Below, piece by piece: positions 1-10,500 of a stretch of 64,000 bases of DNA. The notes under the pieces were generated by a model, which saw only the letters and a list, made by a program, of their open reading frames with translations, was not told where the DNA came from and did not search any database. Origin of the DNA: an uncultured SAR324 cluster bacterium (GTDB lineage Bacteria > SAR324 > NAC60-12); NCBI GenBank assembly GCA_905182865.1, contig CAJJCY010000002.1, forward strand, positions 771,040 to 835,039, in the 5' to 3' direction. Positions within the stretch are counted from its first letter, which is position 1. Each line of letters opens with the position of its first letter. Both the position numbers and the translations under genes were made by a program.

Positions 1-261
1 CCAGTAATCCATGTAATTTTGCCAACCAAACCACAAACGTAGTTGTTCCTGCACCGGTCCAGAAAATTCCAGCAGTTCCACGTAGACCATCGCGATAATG
101 TAACCAGGAAATGCCAACGGCAGTAACAATGCCCATTCCATCATCCGACGCCCGGGGAATTCTGTCATTGAAATCAACCACCCCGTACTCACTCCTATAA
201 GAAGAGTCCCGCTGCCAACACCAAGCATCAGCCAGAATGTGTTTTTTAGATAACCGGGCAT
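1..261 (-). CDS. Fe(III)-type ABC transporter permease, N-terminal fragment running off the window (FbpB/HitB-like)
   Basis: Reverse-strand ATG at 261-259 opens a frame to the window edge: MPGYLKNTFWLMLGVGSGTLLIGVSTGWLISMTEFPGRRMMEWALLLPLAFPGYIIAMVYVELLEFSGPVQEQLRLWFGW. It has hydrophobic TM segments and the FPGRR / LLLPLA / FSGPVQ pattern remembered from iron(III) permeases. It is absent from the ORF track because there is no stop inside the window. Confidence 0.55.
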   Translation of the reverse strand, partial: MPGYLKNTFWLMLGVGSGTLLIGVSTGWLISMTEFPGRRMMEWALLLPLAFPGYIIAMVYVELLEFSGPVQEQLRLWFGWQNYMDYW

Positions 262-424
262 AACCGTGCTTAATAAATGTCCCCATACATTTTCTCCTCC
301 TGAACCTGCAGTTACGATCAGAGAGAAAAAAGGTAATGCAAACAACAAAGCCAGCGAGAGTGTTAAAAGATTCCAGCTTCCAAAAGAGTGGACGGAAGAT
401 TTCATTTTTTTCTGGGAGATGAAT

Positions 425-1159
425 TCAAGGTTGAATAGAACGTTTCTTGTCTTTGGGAATTTCTATCACAAAGATTTTCTCTGCAACATGAAAAGGCAGA
501 GATGAAGGACCATCTTTTGATTCAAGTAAGATGGAGCGCATCACTTCCGTTTTTTCAATTACTTTGTGTTGCTTGCCGGGCATCACTTTGTGCTCATGCA
601 GGATCTTCATCAAATCAACTGAATCCTCTAATACCTCTCCAATCATGGCAACCTCAACAGTCGTTCCCGGCTGTGCTTCCATGAGAGTGATTGTATTTTC
701 AGGTAATTCGGTTCCGGGCATTGGTGTACCATGTGGGCAAAACTCTGGTTTACCGAGGAACTCTGCAAGTTTTTCAACTACTATAGGAGTCATTGCGTGT
801 TCCAAAAGGTGTGCGTGCTGATGCACTTCGTACCATGGAATTCCCAGGGTATTGCAAAGAAAATATTCAGAGAGGTTATGACGGTAGGCAATGTCTTCAG
901 CAATACTTTGGCCTTCTTTTGTCAATGTAAGTTCTTTTGTTTTTGTTACATTGACCAATCCATCCCGCTGCATTCTTAAGATTGTTGCATGAACGGTTGG
1001 AGGACTTGTGTCCAAACGGTTTGCAAGTGTAACCGCTTTTGCCGGCTCTCCTGCACGTTTCAGTTTGTAGAGTGTCAGCAGATACTCTTCAATAACTTTA
1101 GAATGCTCAGTCATAGCACTTTTTAATTGGGGTTTGAGATTAGCATATACAAACAACAA
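425..1159 (-). CDS. DtxR/MntR-family metal-dependent repressor with C-terminal FeoA/SH3-like domain
   Basis: N-terminal winged HTH (EEYLLTLYKL...TVHATILRMQRDGLV), a His/Glu-rich metal-site region (HNLSEYFL...HQHAHLLEHAM), and a C-terminal FeoA-like segment (GTTVEVAMIGE...). The true start is probably MTEHSK at 1114. Confidence 0.85.
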   Translation of the reverse strand: MLFVYANLKPQLKSAMTEHSKVIEEYLLTLYKLKRAGEPAKAVTLANRLDTSPPTVHATILRMQRDGLVNVTKTKELTLTKEGQSIAEDIAYRHNLSEYFLCNTLGIPWYEVHQHAHLLEHAMTPIVVEKLAEFLGKPEFCPHGTPMPGTELPENTITLMEAQPGTTVEVAMIGEVLEDSVDLMKILHEHKVMPGKQHKVIEKTEVMRSILLESKDGPSSLPFHVAEKIFVIEIPKDKKRSIQP

Positions 1160-1352
1160 TGTTTGAGAATGACTACCTCTATCTTCCGGTAGCCGAGCGA
1201 CAGCCTTTCGTTAATGTACAACTGAAAACGGCAGAAACTGTTTCAGCAGCAGCAACTCGCTTAGGCCTGCAATAACAAATTACATGTTAAATTTGTTCAA
1301 CTGTCATGTATGAGTTCCTGATTAAAAATTAATATTCCTGAAGTATTTGTGC

Positions 1353-2390
1353 TTAATTGTCAAAATCAACTTCATCAAGTATTTTGATGGATTTTTTTCG
1401 GTGACTGCCGATTTCAGCTAAATTACGTTGATCCTGTTTGAAAACTCCTTTCTTGACTCCGTCCTGTCCACCACCGAAACCCTGTACGATTGCTGAATAC
1501 TGAATTCCAGATTTGACTGGATATTCATGGTTCACCTGTGCATACATGTATTGGGCTAGATTCCCTGAAAGAAACTCCAGCAGTTTTACAGCCTCAGCTT
1601 TGTTTTTTGCGGCTTTAATGACTGCGCCTCCGGAGATATTCATGTGGGTACCACGATCACCTTGATTTGGAAAATAAATTCCTACTGATGCGCCCCATGC
1701 ACGCTGGTCTTCACGCTCCAGCATTTTACCCATGTAATATGTGTTTCCCAGCGCGACATCACACTGTCCCTGATAAATGGCTTTGACCTGACCTCGATCG
1801 TTTCCGCTAGGTTTGCGTCCCCGATTGTTTTTCAAACCCTGCAGCCAAGTTTTCGCTTTGGCCGCACCATGTTCTGCAATCATTGAAGAAATTAATGCCA
1901 CATTGTATTTGTGGTATCCGGAACGGGTACAGATGCGTTGGTTGTTTCCAGATTCACCCAATGCTTCATAGGTGGATAATTCACCGACTTTGATACGCTT
2001 TTTTGAATAATAAATTACACGGGCTCGAGCAGTTAGAGCCGTCCAAAGCCCTTTTGGGTCACGGTAGTTTCCCGGAACATTCTGTTCAATTACATTTGAG
2101 TTTATTGGCTGAAATAGTCCTGCATCTGCAATTGCGGTCAAATTTGAAATGTCCACTGTCAGCAGGGCATCGACCGAACCCGGCTGCTGCTTGAGGCGCT
2201 CCAGAGAGCCTTTTTTGAGATAAACAACATTGGCCTTGATTCCAGTTTGTTCTTCAAATACATCCAGAAAAGGCCGGAGCAAAAATTCCTGCCGCTCCGA
2301 AAGAATATTTACTTGTGCAGCCGGGACATAATGTGGAAACCACAACAGACTTCCGAGAATGAGGGTTATGATTTTTTTATTGTTAAACAT
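1353..2390 (-). CDS. Fe(3+) ABC transporter periplasmic substrate-binding protein (FbpA/AfuA-like)
   Basis: 345 aa with an N-terminal signal peptide (MFNNKKIITLILGSLLWFPHYVPA). Overall resemblance to ferric-binding SBPs (VNILSERQEFLLRPFLDVFEEQTGIK, GNTYYMGKM). Same strand as the permease fragment and the DtxR gene. Confidence 0.8.
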   Translation of the reverse strand: MFNNKKIITLILGSLLWFPHYVPAAQVNILSERQEFLLRPFLDVFEEQTGIKANVVYLKKGSLERLKQQPGSVDALLTVDISNLTAIADAGLFQPINSNVIEQNVPGNYRDPKGLWTALTARARVIYYSKKRIKVGELSTYEALGESGNNQRICTRSGYHKYNVALISSMIAEHGAAKAKTWLQGLKNNRGRKPSGNDRGQVKAIYQGQCDVALGNTYYMGKMLEREDQRAWGASVGIYFPNQGDRGTHMNISGGAVIKAAKNKAEAVKLLEFLSGNLAQYMYAQVNHEYPVKSGIQYSAIVQGFGGGQDGVKKGVFKQDQRNLAEIGSHRKKSIKILDEVDFDN

Positions 2391-2699
2391 AGTATTCCTT
2401 TACAAAAATATTAAAAATTACCCTGAGCCAGGATGTTGATAAAAAATTTGGTTCTTTGCAAGAGATCTTCCAGCTTGAGCCTTTATCGATTTTCTCCAGA
2501 AATACTGCAACTTCGATTAAAGAGAATGAGGAGTTGGAGTAGGGATTGCCCTGACAAAAATACCAGCATGGTAGTTATTGTAAGCACAATAATATTATTA
2601 GTCAATGCTAATTTAATTAAATAGCCTAACTTTTTATTTCACGATAGCAACCAGTATAAATTTTAGCAATCGATTCAGAAAAGTATCAGTATTAATATA

Positions 2700-3806
2700 T
2701 TATGAATTAGAGATTTTCCTGTCCTCAAAATACTGAAGAAGTATTTCGTTGAAAAGCAGCATGTCACGATAATCAATTGCACCAATGTTGGCAATCCTGA
2801 AAGTATCTTGTTTGGCTCCTTTTCCAGGATAGATTGTGATATCGTTTTCATAAAAATAGTCATGCATTTCCATAAAATCGTAGTTTGGGGATTGCGGTTC
2901 TACGATTGCCGTCAACAGCTTGGAGTGTTGTGATTTGGGCAGAAGGAGTTCCAGACCGACTTTATCAATACCATCCAGCAGAGTCTCATAAGCTTTGAAG
3001 TAGCGTGCAGTCCGTCCTGCCTGTGTCTCTTCAAAAAACTCATCCAGAGCTGCATTAAGAGCATAAACAATCTGCACAGGAGGCGTGAATTGAAATTGAC
3101 CGGTTTTTTCAATATAACTGTGATTTCCCAGCAAATTAAGGTAAAGATTCCGTGCTGGGAATTTTGCAGTTTTTAAGAGTTTTTCATTATTTGCAATCAC
3201 AAAACTTGTACCTGCCATGCCTTGAATACACTTGTTCGAAGAAGATATTAAATAATCAATCGGCAGTTCCTGCAAGTCAATGGGGAGTCCTGCATAAGAG
3301 GACATGGCATCAACAATTGAATCAACTTCATATTTTTGGCAAAGTTCTAATAGTTCCGGCAGGGGGTTGAGCATTCCAGTAGTTGTTTCGTGATGCACAA
3401 AAGCGAAGTGCGTCAGTTCTCGGTCCTGCTGAAATATTGATTCAATTTCCGCCACGTCCGGATATTCCCCCCAACCGATTCTGTATGTCCGGTGCGAAAT
3501 GCCATAGGCTTGAATAATCGTTTCTCCACGCTTGCCATAAGCGCCATTATCGAGAATTAGAATTTTGCCGTCCGGAGCTACTACCGAACTCAAGGCCGCT
3601 TCAACTCCGGCAGTTCCAGATCCGGCAAAAATGACAGCACTATGAGTCAAATTGCCATTAACCACCTGAACCACTTTTTTTAAAACGGACTGGGTGAGGT
3701 CACCAAATTCCTGTTCGCGGGGACAAATGTCCGGGACCATCAGTGCCTGCTTGACGCTGTCAGTCGTTGTGGCTGGACCTGGATTGAGAAGGATATTACG
3801 TTTCAT
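2700..3806 (-). CDS. phnW: 2-aminoethylphosphonate--pyruvate transaminase
   Basis: From MKRNILLNPGPATTT (ATG at 3806). Class-V aminotransferase blocks match remembered PhnW: HHETTTGMLNP, VDAMSSYAGLPID, DYLISSSNKCIQG, FRIANIG. Confidence 0.85.
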   Translation of the reverse strand: MKRNILLNPGPATTTDSVKQALMVPDICPREQEFGDLTQSVLKKVVQVVNGNLTHSAVIFAGSGTAGVEAALSSVVAPDGKILILDNGAYGKRGETIIQAYGISHRTYRIGWGEYPDVAEIESIFQQDRELTHFAFVHHETTTGMLNPLPELLELCQKYEVDSIVDAMSSYAGLPIDLQELPIDYLISSSNKCIQGMAGTSFVIANNEKLLKTAKFPARNLYLNLLGNHSYIEKTGQFQFTPPVQIVYALNAALDEFFEETQAGRTARYFKAYETLLDGIDKVGLELLLPKSQHSKLLTAIVEPQSPNYDFMEMHDYFYENDITIYPGKGAKQDTFRIANIGAIDYRDMLLFNEILLQYFEDRKISNS

Positions 3807-4254
3807 GAGATAATTAGCTTGGACTGTTGAGAAATTATGAGTGAATTCTTCTTTAATAATGTTAAATATTACTAAATTTTTTCGTATCTGTAAAATGCAA
3901 ATAAACAATTCTTCAGATTGATTAAATCAATAGTAGTAAAATATTTTAAGATAAACAGGGCTTACTAAAAAAAAATTCTTGTCATCCTGAATTTAATCCG
4001 TGATCCAGATTCCCAAAAAGGTTGAGTCCAGGAAGTGAGAAGTAACAACCTTTATACTCGTGATTAATCTCCTTGGAAAATAAACTCAAACAACAGAGGT
4101 ACAGGGCTTATGTTATTTTTCAGGAAAACCACTTGCATTTGATTCCATGGGGATTTTATCCTAATGATATTATTATAAAATATTATTTTTTAGGAAGCTT
4201 ACTATTTTTGAATGAAAAAAACTTACTATTGTTTAAATCAATAGATAAGATACA

Positions 4255-4282
4255 ATATTGATATTATACAGATATTGATATT
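4255..4282. promoter_or_regulatory. Two copies of the 11-nt direct repeat ATATTGATATT spaced 17 bp start-to-start, in the phnW/phnX divergent promoter region (candidate operator)
   Basis: ATATTGATATT is read at 4255-4265 and again at 4272-4282, about 75-105 bp upstream of the phnX ATG. A LysR-type regulator gene lies just downstream of phnX. Confidence 0.3.
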
Positions 4283-4358
4283 GTTGTTAGAATAAATATT
4301 TACTAATGTTTCCGGAGTTTCCAGAAACTATTTTTTCACTCACAAAAAGGAGATCAAA

Positions 4359-5207
4359 ATGAGCATTCAATCAAATTACGTTTACACCCGTGGCTACCGC
4401 GGAAAAGTCAAAGGGCTTGTACTGGACTGGAGCGGAACCACTGCAGATGAATACGTACTTGCCCCGGCCGTAGTGTTTGTAGATGTTTTTAAGAAATATA
4501 ATGTTGAAATCAGCATGGCAGAAGCGAGAGGGCCAATGGGCCTGCGAAAGGACCTTCACATCCTTGAGTTGACCAAGGTTCCGGAAATTCGTGAGCGCTG
4601 GAAAACAGTATACGGTAAGTATCCGGATCAAAGTGATGTGGATGATATGTTTAAAGATTTTGTCCCAATGCAACTCGCCTGTCTTAGGAAGTATACCACC
4701 CTCCTCCCCCACGTCGCAGAGGTGACTCAAAAGTTTCAAAAAGAAGGTATCAAAATTGGAAGTTCTACAGGTTTTGTAAGGAGCATGGTAGACATCCTTG
4801 AAGAGGATGCGAAAAAACAGGGGTACACTCCAGATGCATCTGTGGCAGGAGACGAAGTGATTAATGGCGCCAGACCCAAGCCGTTTATGGTTTATCGAAA
4901 TCTCGATTTAATGAATGTTAACCCAATTCAGTCCGTTGTAAAGGTTGATGATACCGTTTCAGGTGTCGGTGAAGCGCTTGAAGCCGGCTGCTGGGGAGTA
5001 GGTATTGCTCGTTACAGCAACTACATGGACATGGATACACTCGAAGAGGCTGGTTCGCTTTCTGAAGAAGAAATCCAGCGCAGACTGATTAAAACTAGGG
5101 ATATCCTGCAAAAAGCTGGTGCACACTATGTTATTGATACTTTTGACCAATTGGTGGATGTTGTTGATGACATTAACCTGCGCCTCTCCAGAGGTGAGCG
5201 TCCCTAA
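4359..5207 (+). CDS. phnX: phosphonoacetaldehyde hydrolase (phosphonatase), HAD superfamily
   Basis: 282 aa. HAD motif I in LVLDWSGTTAD, followed by EARGPMGLRKDLHI as in remembered PhnX. GGAG RBS upstream. Divergent from phnW. Confidence 0.85.
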   Translation: MSIQSNYVYTRGYRGKVKGLVLDWSGTTADEYVLAPAVVFVDVFKKYNVEISMAEARGPMGLRKDLHILELTKVPEIRERWKTVYGKYPDQSDVDDMFKDFVPMQLACLRKYTTLLPHVAEVTQKFQKEGIKIGSSTGFVRSMVDILEEDAKKQGYTPDASVAGDEVINGARPKPFMVYRNLDLMNVNPIQSVVKVDDTVSGVGEALEAGCWGVGIARYSNYMDMDTLEEAGSLSEEEIQRRLIKTRDILQKAGAHYVIDTFDQLVDVVDDINLRLSRGERP

Positions 5208-5227
5208 AAAGAGTTTGTCCAAATAAA

Positions 5228-6161
5228 ATGTTAAAACCTTCTGAATCGGAAACAGCGTCTCTTGATACTCAAGGTTCGCTGTTTTTACAAATCAGCTATA
5301 CCCAACTTCGTTCTTTTCATGCAGTTGCGGGTACAGGAGGTTTTACTGCCGCCTCCAAAGTACTCCATGTGGGACAACCCACCATAACTGCACAGGTACG
5401 GGCCCTGGAAGAATTTTATGGTGTTGAGCTGTTCCACCGCCGTGGCCGTAGAGTTGAGCTGACTGAAACAGGAATGGAACTCTATGCTGTCACTCAGCGC
5501 ATGGAAATATTAGAAAGAGAAGCCCAGGATGTGCTTCAGACTGCAGGAGGGTTTCAGAGTGGTCATCTCAGGGTTGGAGCCGTTGGACCTTATCATTTGA
5601 CGGAAATGCTGGCTGTTTTTCATGAACGGTTTCCATATTTGAAAATCACAGTCACAGTTCGAAATTCAGAAGATATTTTAGAAAACCTGTTAAATTCATC
5701 CAGTAGATGTTGCAGTACTTTCACAAACAGAAACCGATTCCAGAATTTTAGCAGTTCCGTTTTGTCAGGAACCTCTGGTTGTTTTTGTACATTCAGGACA
5801 CCCCTGGGCAAGTCGGGAGACTCTCCGGATCGAAGAGTTGGAAGGTCAGGATGTTATATTACGTGAACCTGGTTCTACAACACGTCGTGCTTTTGAAAAA
5901 GCATTGAAGCAGACTGGGGTCACGATTCGTCCGGTAATGGAAATCGGCAGCAGGGAAGCAGTCTGGATGGCCGTGGCCAGGGGTTTGGGAATCGGAGTGG
6001 TCTCGAATCTGGAGTTTATGCCGCATCCTAACTTACGAAAATTAAGTTTTGTCAATGAGGATGTATACACTCATGCACATGTAGGTTGTCTGCGTGAACG
6101 TCGAGATTCCCGAATGATTAACGAATTTTTTCAGATTGTGGAAGAGTTACGTCAAACTTGA
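5228..6161 (+). pseudogene. LysR-family transcriptional regulator next to phnX, split by one frameshift near 5694-5703
   Basis: The N-terminal HTH (YTQLRSFHAVAGTGGFTAASKVLHVGQPTITAQVRALEEFYGVELFHRRGRR) is in frame 2. After ...ILENLLN the LysR-like text continues in frame 0 (VDVAVLSQTETDSRILAVPFCQEPLVVFVHSGHPWASRETLRIEELEGQDVILREPGSTTRR...). The track shows the gene as two ORFs, 5228-5866 and 5838-6161. Confidence 0.75.
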
Positions 6162-6743
6162 TTCCTGACTGTGTCTTGCGTTATAAACCTGACCTCCAAG
6201 ATCAACATAAAGCTGTAAAACAGCTCGGCCTTCACTGCGCAGTAATTCAGGTACAATTTTAATTCCCCTACGTTCAAGCTGCGCGTTATAATCCAGGGGG
6301 GTAGGGCCTTCATCAAAACCGGTAATCTTTTCCACGTCTTCCGGTTCTGCAGATGACAACACCTCACTGACTCCAGACCAGCAGACATTACCCAGACACA
6401 TTGCACACATTTTTCCACTTGTTACCAGGCGGTGTTCTGGAAAACCGTCCGCACCCAAATCAAAGTGTCCCAACTCTTTTTGAGCCAGCATCAGAGCCAT
6501 CATTTCTGCATGCGCAGCAGAGCAGTTTTGCCGGACAACTACGTTGACTCCAACAGATACCAGCTTCCCGGAATCCCGTTCAAAAACTGCAGAACCAAAT
6601 GGTCCGCCTGTTTCCTCACGTATGTTACGCTCTGTCAATGCGAGGACGAAGCGCATTTGTTTTTCTGGATCAGGAATTATTTTTGGATATTCATTTAAAA
6701 AAGAATTAATCCAGTCGGGAAGACTGAGGTTCAGTTGGTTCAT
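6147..6743 (-). CDS. CDA-fold zinc deaminase (guanine deaminase / nucleoside deaminase-like)
   Basis: GGPFGSAVF, HAEMMAL (H-A-E zinc/catalytic motif) and KMCAMCLG (C-x-x-C) in the order typical of the cytidine/deoxycytidylate deaminase fold. ATGA overlap with the xdhC stop. Confidence 0.7.
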   Translation of the reverse strand: MNQLNLSLPDWINSFLNEYPKIIPDPEKQMRFVLALTERNIREETGGPFGSAVFERDSGKLVSVGVNVVVRQNCSAAHAEMMALMLAQKELGHFDLGADGFPEHRLVTSGKMCAMCLGNVCWSGVSEVLSSAEPEDVEKITGFDEGPTPLDYNAQLERRGIKIVPELLRSEGRAVLQLYVDLGGQVYNARHSQESSLT

Positions 6744-7576
6744 AATTTTTCAGGTACTGGATTACGAAGATGTGTTTTTCCAAAAAGTTTGTCCCGCTCA
6801 TAAAGCAGTTGGGAGGTGATGCTGATGGCAATTTCCTGTGGATGATTTCCTCCGAGTGAAAAACCAAGAGGACAAACAAGACGCTCTGTTTGTTCTTTGC
6901 TTAGACCTTCTTTTTTGAGTTCACGTTTCAAAGTAGCTGCTTTTGAACGACTGCCGATTACTCCTAAAAACGGCAATTCTTTCCGTGCAAGAAATCGTTG
7001 TGCAACATAAAAATCACTCCTGTGTCCCTGTGTCATTACCAAAACAAAAGCTTTTTTGGAAATCTCTTCAACACTTTCAGGAAGTGATTCTACACAAAGT
7101 TTTTTTAGTTTTGGAGTTTCAGGTAATTTGCTCAACCACTCATTCCTGGTGTCAAGGCAAGTCAGTTTACACTCCAGAGTCAGCATCAGCGGTATCAGGG
7201 CCTGAGCAACATGACCGGCCCCAAAAACAATTATTTCCCAGGGATTAGCATGGAATCGCTCAAAAAAGAGTTTGACTGAACCGCCGCAACTCATACCTGC
7301 ATCACGATTGAGGTTCCATTCAATAAATTTTGTTTGTTCTGTGGGATTAGTTTCTGCTAATAAAACCTGAGCAAATTCCAAGGCCTTTGCCTCAACCAGT
7401 CCACCTCCAATTGTACCGGAATGCAGGCCTGATGTAGTAACCAGCATACGCCCACCCTGGGCACGTGGTGTACTTCCTTTAACCTCAACCAGTGTTGCAG
7501 ATACAAATGAAGTTCCTTCTTCCAGCAAAGCCTGCATTTTTTTGAGATGATTTTCCATATCTGTTATTTGACTCAA
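6740..7576 (-). CDS. XdhC/CoxI-family accessory protein (molybdenum cofactor insertion chaperone family)
   Basis: ATLVEVKGSTPRAQGGRMLV...GTIGGGLVEAKA N-domain plus a Rossmann-like IIVFGAGHVAQAL segment. The start is either TTG at 7576 or ATG at 7558 (MENHLKK). Confidence 0.75.
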   Translation of the reverse strand: MSQITDMENHLKKMQALLEEGTSFVSATLVEVKGSTPRAQGGRMLVTTSGLHSGTIGGGLVEAKALEFAQVLLAETNPTEQTKFIEWNLNRDAGMSCGGSVKLFFERFHANPWEIIVFGAGHVAQALIPLMLTLECKLTCLDTRNEWLSKLPETPKLKKLCVESLPESVEEISKKAFVLVMTQGHRSDFYVAQRFLARKELPFLGVIGSRSKAATLKRELKKEGLSKEQTERLVCPLGFSLGGNHPQEIAISITSQLLYERDKLFGKTHLRNPVPEKL

Positions 7577-10500
7577 ACCAATACTGTTTCAAAAAACAAT
7601 TGAAAACGACGGTTCATCAATTGATGAGGATTTTCCGGATATGCTATGTCCGTCAAAAATTTAACTGGTCCGTATTGGGAGCTTATTCCAAGATTTTCAC
7701 TAGATGAGTTAAGTTTTGCATCCATCCATTCTGTATATCTTGAATTGTAGTCAGCACCTGTCAAGTTTTCCTTTGCCAATTCAAGTACAGATTCTACAGG
7801 CATTAACACAGCCGCATGTTCAGTATTCATTTCCTGCAGCAAATTAGCCAGATAATCTTGTGCCTGGTGTCGTGAAGGCAGATGGATTTTTCTGGATTTT
7901 CGTTTTCCTTCACCTGTAATGCATAATCCCGTGACTTGTGTACCTTCCGGGATTATGTCTACTGCAAGAAGAACCAGCACATCCAGAAAATGACGCAGCC
8001 AGACTTTGTCTTTACTTTCTCGCTCACTGAAATAAATGACATACCGGTTACCGGATTCATCTGTGTACCACCATTCCGTTTCTCCTTGAATTTTAAAATA
8101 CATATTTTCACTGTCAGACGGTTCCGGGTTTTCTTTTTGGATTTTGACGGCCGGCAAAATTCTATCTGTACCGGAAAGTCCTTCATTAAATTTACCCTTC
8201 CTGACTGCACCAAAATAAAACTGGCTAAGATTTTTTTGCAGGCTGTTCCAATCAGTTTCGAGTACTGCAGTGAGTTGTTTCTGCCAGTTTTTAAGAATCC
8301 GCAGGTGCCGGATCTGCATTGCTTCTCCGAAAATTCCAGTAGGCATTTCTCCCTGCAGTTCCATGCGTTGCGAATGAAGTCGATAAAGCTTCTGCCACTC
8401 TGGTTGTGATTTCTGCTGTGAACCTTTTGCAGGAGCATTCAAGCCCATGTTCCAGACTTTCCGGAGCAGTAACCATTCACTTAGCCGTACTAAAACAAGA
8501 GGTTCATCAACTTTTTCACTTACATCTTCTTCATCTTCCGCAAGGCCCAGCAAATGACTGGCAGTGGACTGCAGCGGAGATTCAAGAAATTTCCGCAGCC
8601 TGGAAAATGCAACAGAAGAAAGCTGTTTTACTGCTACAGATTCTGTTGCTGTAATACGAAACGCACCTGCTGTTATGGGCAGCATAACTTCAGGAGAAAG
8701 CCAGTCCGGAGAAATACGCTGAAATCCTCCGGAAGATCTGGAGCTGGGAAACTCCTGATCAAATAACTCCCTCATCCTGAATGCCCGTGCCTGATAAAAT
8801 GCAGCGGGATCGTAATTTGGATAATGGTTTTTCGATACAGGATTTTGATTATCGACAATGTCTATTTGTTCTGCAGATAGTTCCGGAAAATACTCTAGAG
8901 CATACGGTTTCAGTGGGTGTCGGATTATTTCATATTTTGCTTTCAAATATCCACTGTCCAATTCATCAATTAAAGTTTGAATGATTGAGGAATGATTGAG
9001 CTCATCATCTGTACGGTCGTTGCGTGAAACGTAACTCAGGACAAGATGTTTTCTTGTAGAAACCAGTGTTTCCAAAAACATGTAACGGTCACGCTCTGTC
9101 TCCGAGACATCACCTAATCGACGCTCCCGGAGGGTCTGTCCCTCTACAGCTGGATTTAGGTTTACGGGAATGTGTCTTAAATCCAGGTTGTCGCGCCGGT
9201 AAGGTGTTGGAAACAACCCTTCGCCCATACCTAACAAAAAAACTGCCTTGAAAGGAATTGGACGCATTGGCTTAAATGATGAGACAGTGACTCCCTCTGC
9301 TAAATAATGCCCGCGATGCACAGTTGCAGACTGCTGCTTTTGCTTGAAAAACTCGAAAATAGTGCTGAAACTAAACTGGCGTGGACCGCTCTCATCTCCT
9401 AAATCCAAATCACGAAATGCAAGCACATTCCTCAACAAATTCTGGAATGCTTCTTCATCTGCTTCTTCAATTGGCCTTAGATATGTTTTGAGCAGAGTCT
9501 GTAAGTAGCGCCCCCAGTCTTTTCCACACATTTTCCATTTTGGTAAATCCCTGGTATCGGCAATTAAAGAGCGCACTATCAACATAAAACGTGCGGCTTC
9601 TGCACTCCATTCTTCTGCCAGATCAACCGGCACAATCTGCTGATCTCCATTTGAGAAAATACCGTTTCCTTCTTCTGCAGGCACCATTTCGCCCAACGTC
9701 AAACGCTGAAAAGCCTGTTCCCAATGATAAATATCATGTTCTAAATGAAGGTAGCCCTGCTCCTCCTGCGACTCCCTGTCGATACCGTAAAAAACATTTA
9801 GTTCATCTGCCCATTGAAGCCATTGCTGAATTTGCAACGGCTCACCATATGAATTTTTTCCTGCTGAAACTGTATCGTTAAATTTCTGTAGAAAACAGGG
9901 ATTGTTGATTAAACTGAAAATATCCCGCCGTGTGTATTCCGTGAAGCATAAACCCAAAAGGGAGTTTGCTGCATCCTCCAAACGGCTTGCGCTTCCACTG
10001 ATTCCGTCTATCAAGTGGTAGGGCAAATTGTAAATACTTTCAAATACTTGTTCAATTTCATGTTGATAAAGCTCCATATCATGCACAATGAGCGCACATT
10101 CATTTAGCTGCAAATCTGGATTCCGGCGAATCCAATCCCAAATCAAGCTCGCCACTGCTTCAACTTCACGCCTTGGATTTGCGCAGGCGAGAACAACCAA
10201 ACTTTCATCCTGCTTCAAATTAAGCGGTTCGGCACGGCGCGGTTCCCTGAATAGAATATCCTGCTGTAATTGGTTGAGTACGCTTTGCTGGGGTTCCTCT
10301 GAGTTTTCAGTCTGTGTTGCCGATGAATCTGCATCTGCAAACCATGGTTCAAAAGACCAAGCACTCCATTGATTCAGTAGTTTTATATTTTCACGTCCTG
10401 GCCGTCCCCAGGCCTGTAAGAATGGATTATCCTCTTCATCCTGAAATAACTCACCCATTTCAATTTCTGTCTCAGACAAAACCTCATATTTTTCAAAACG

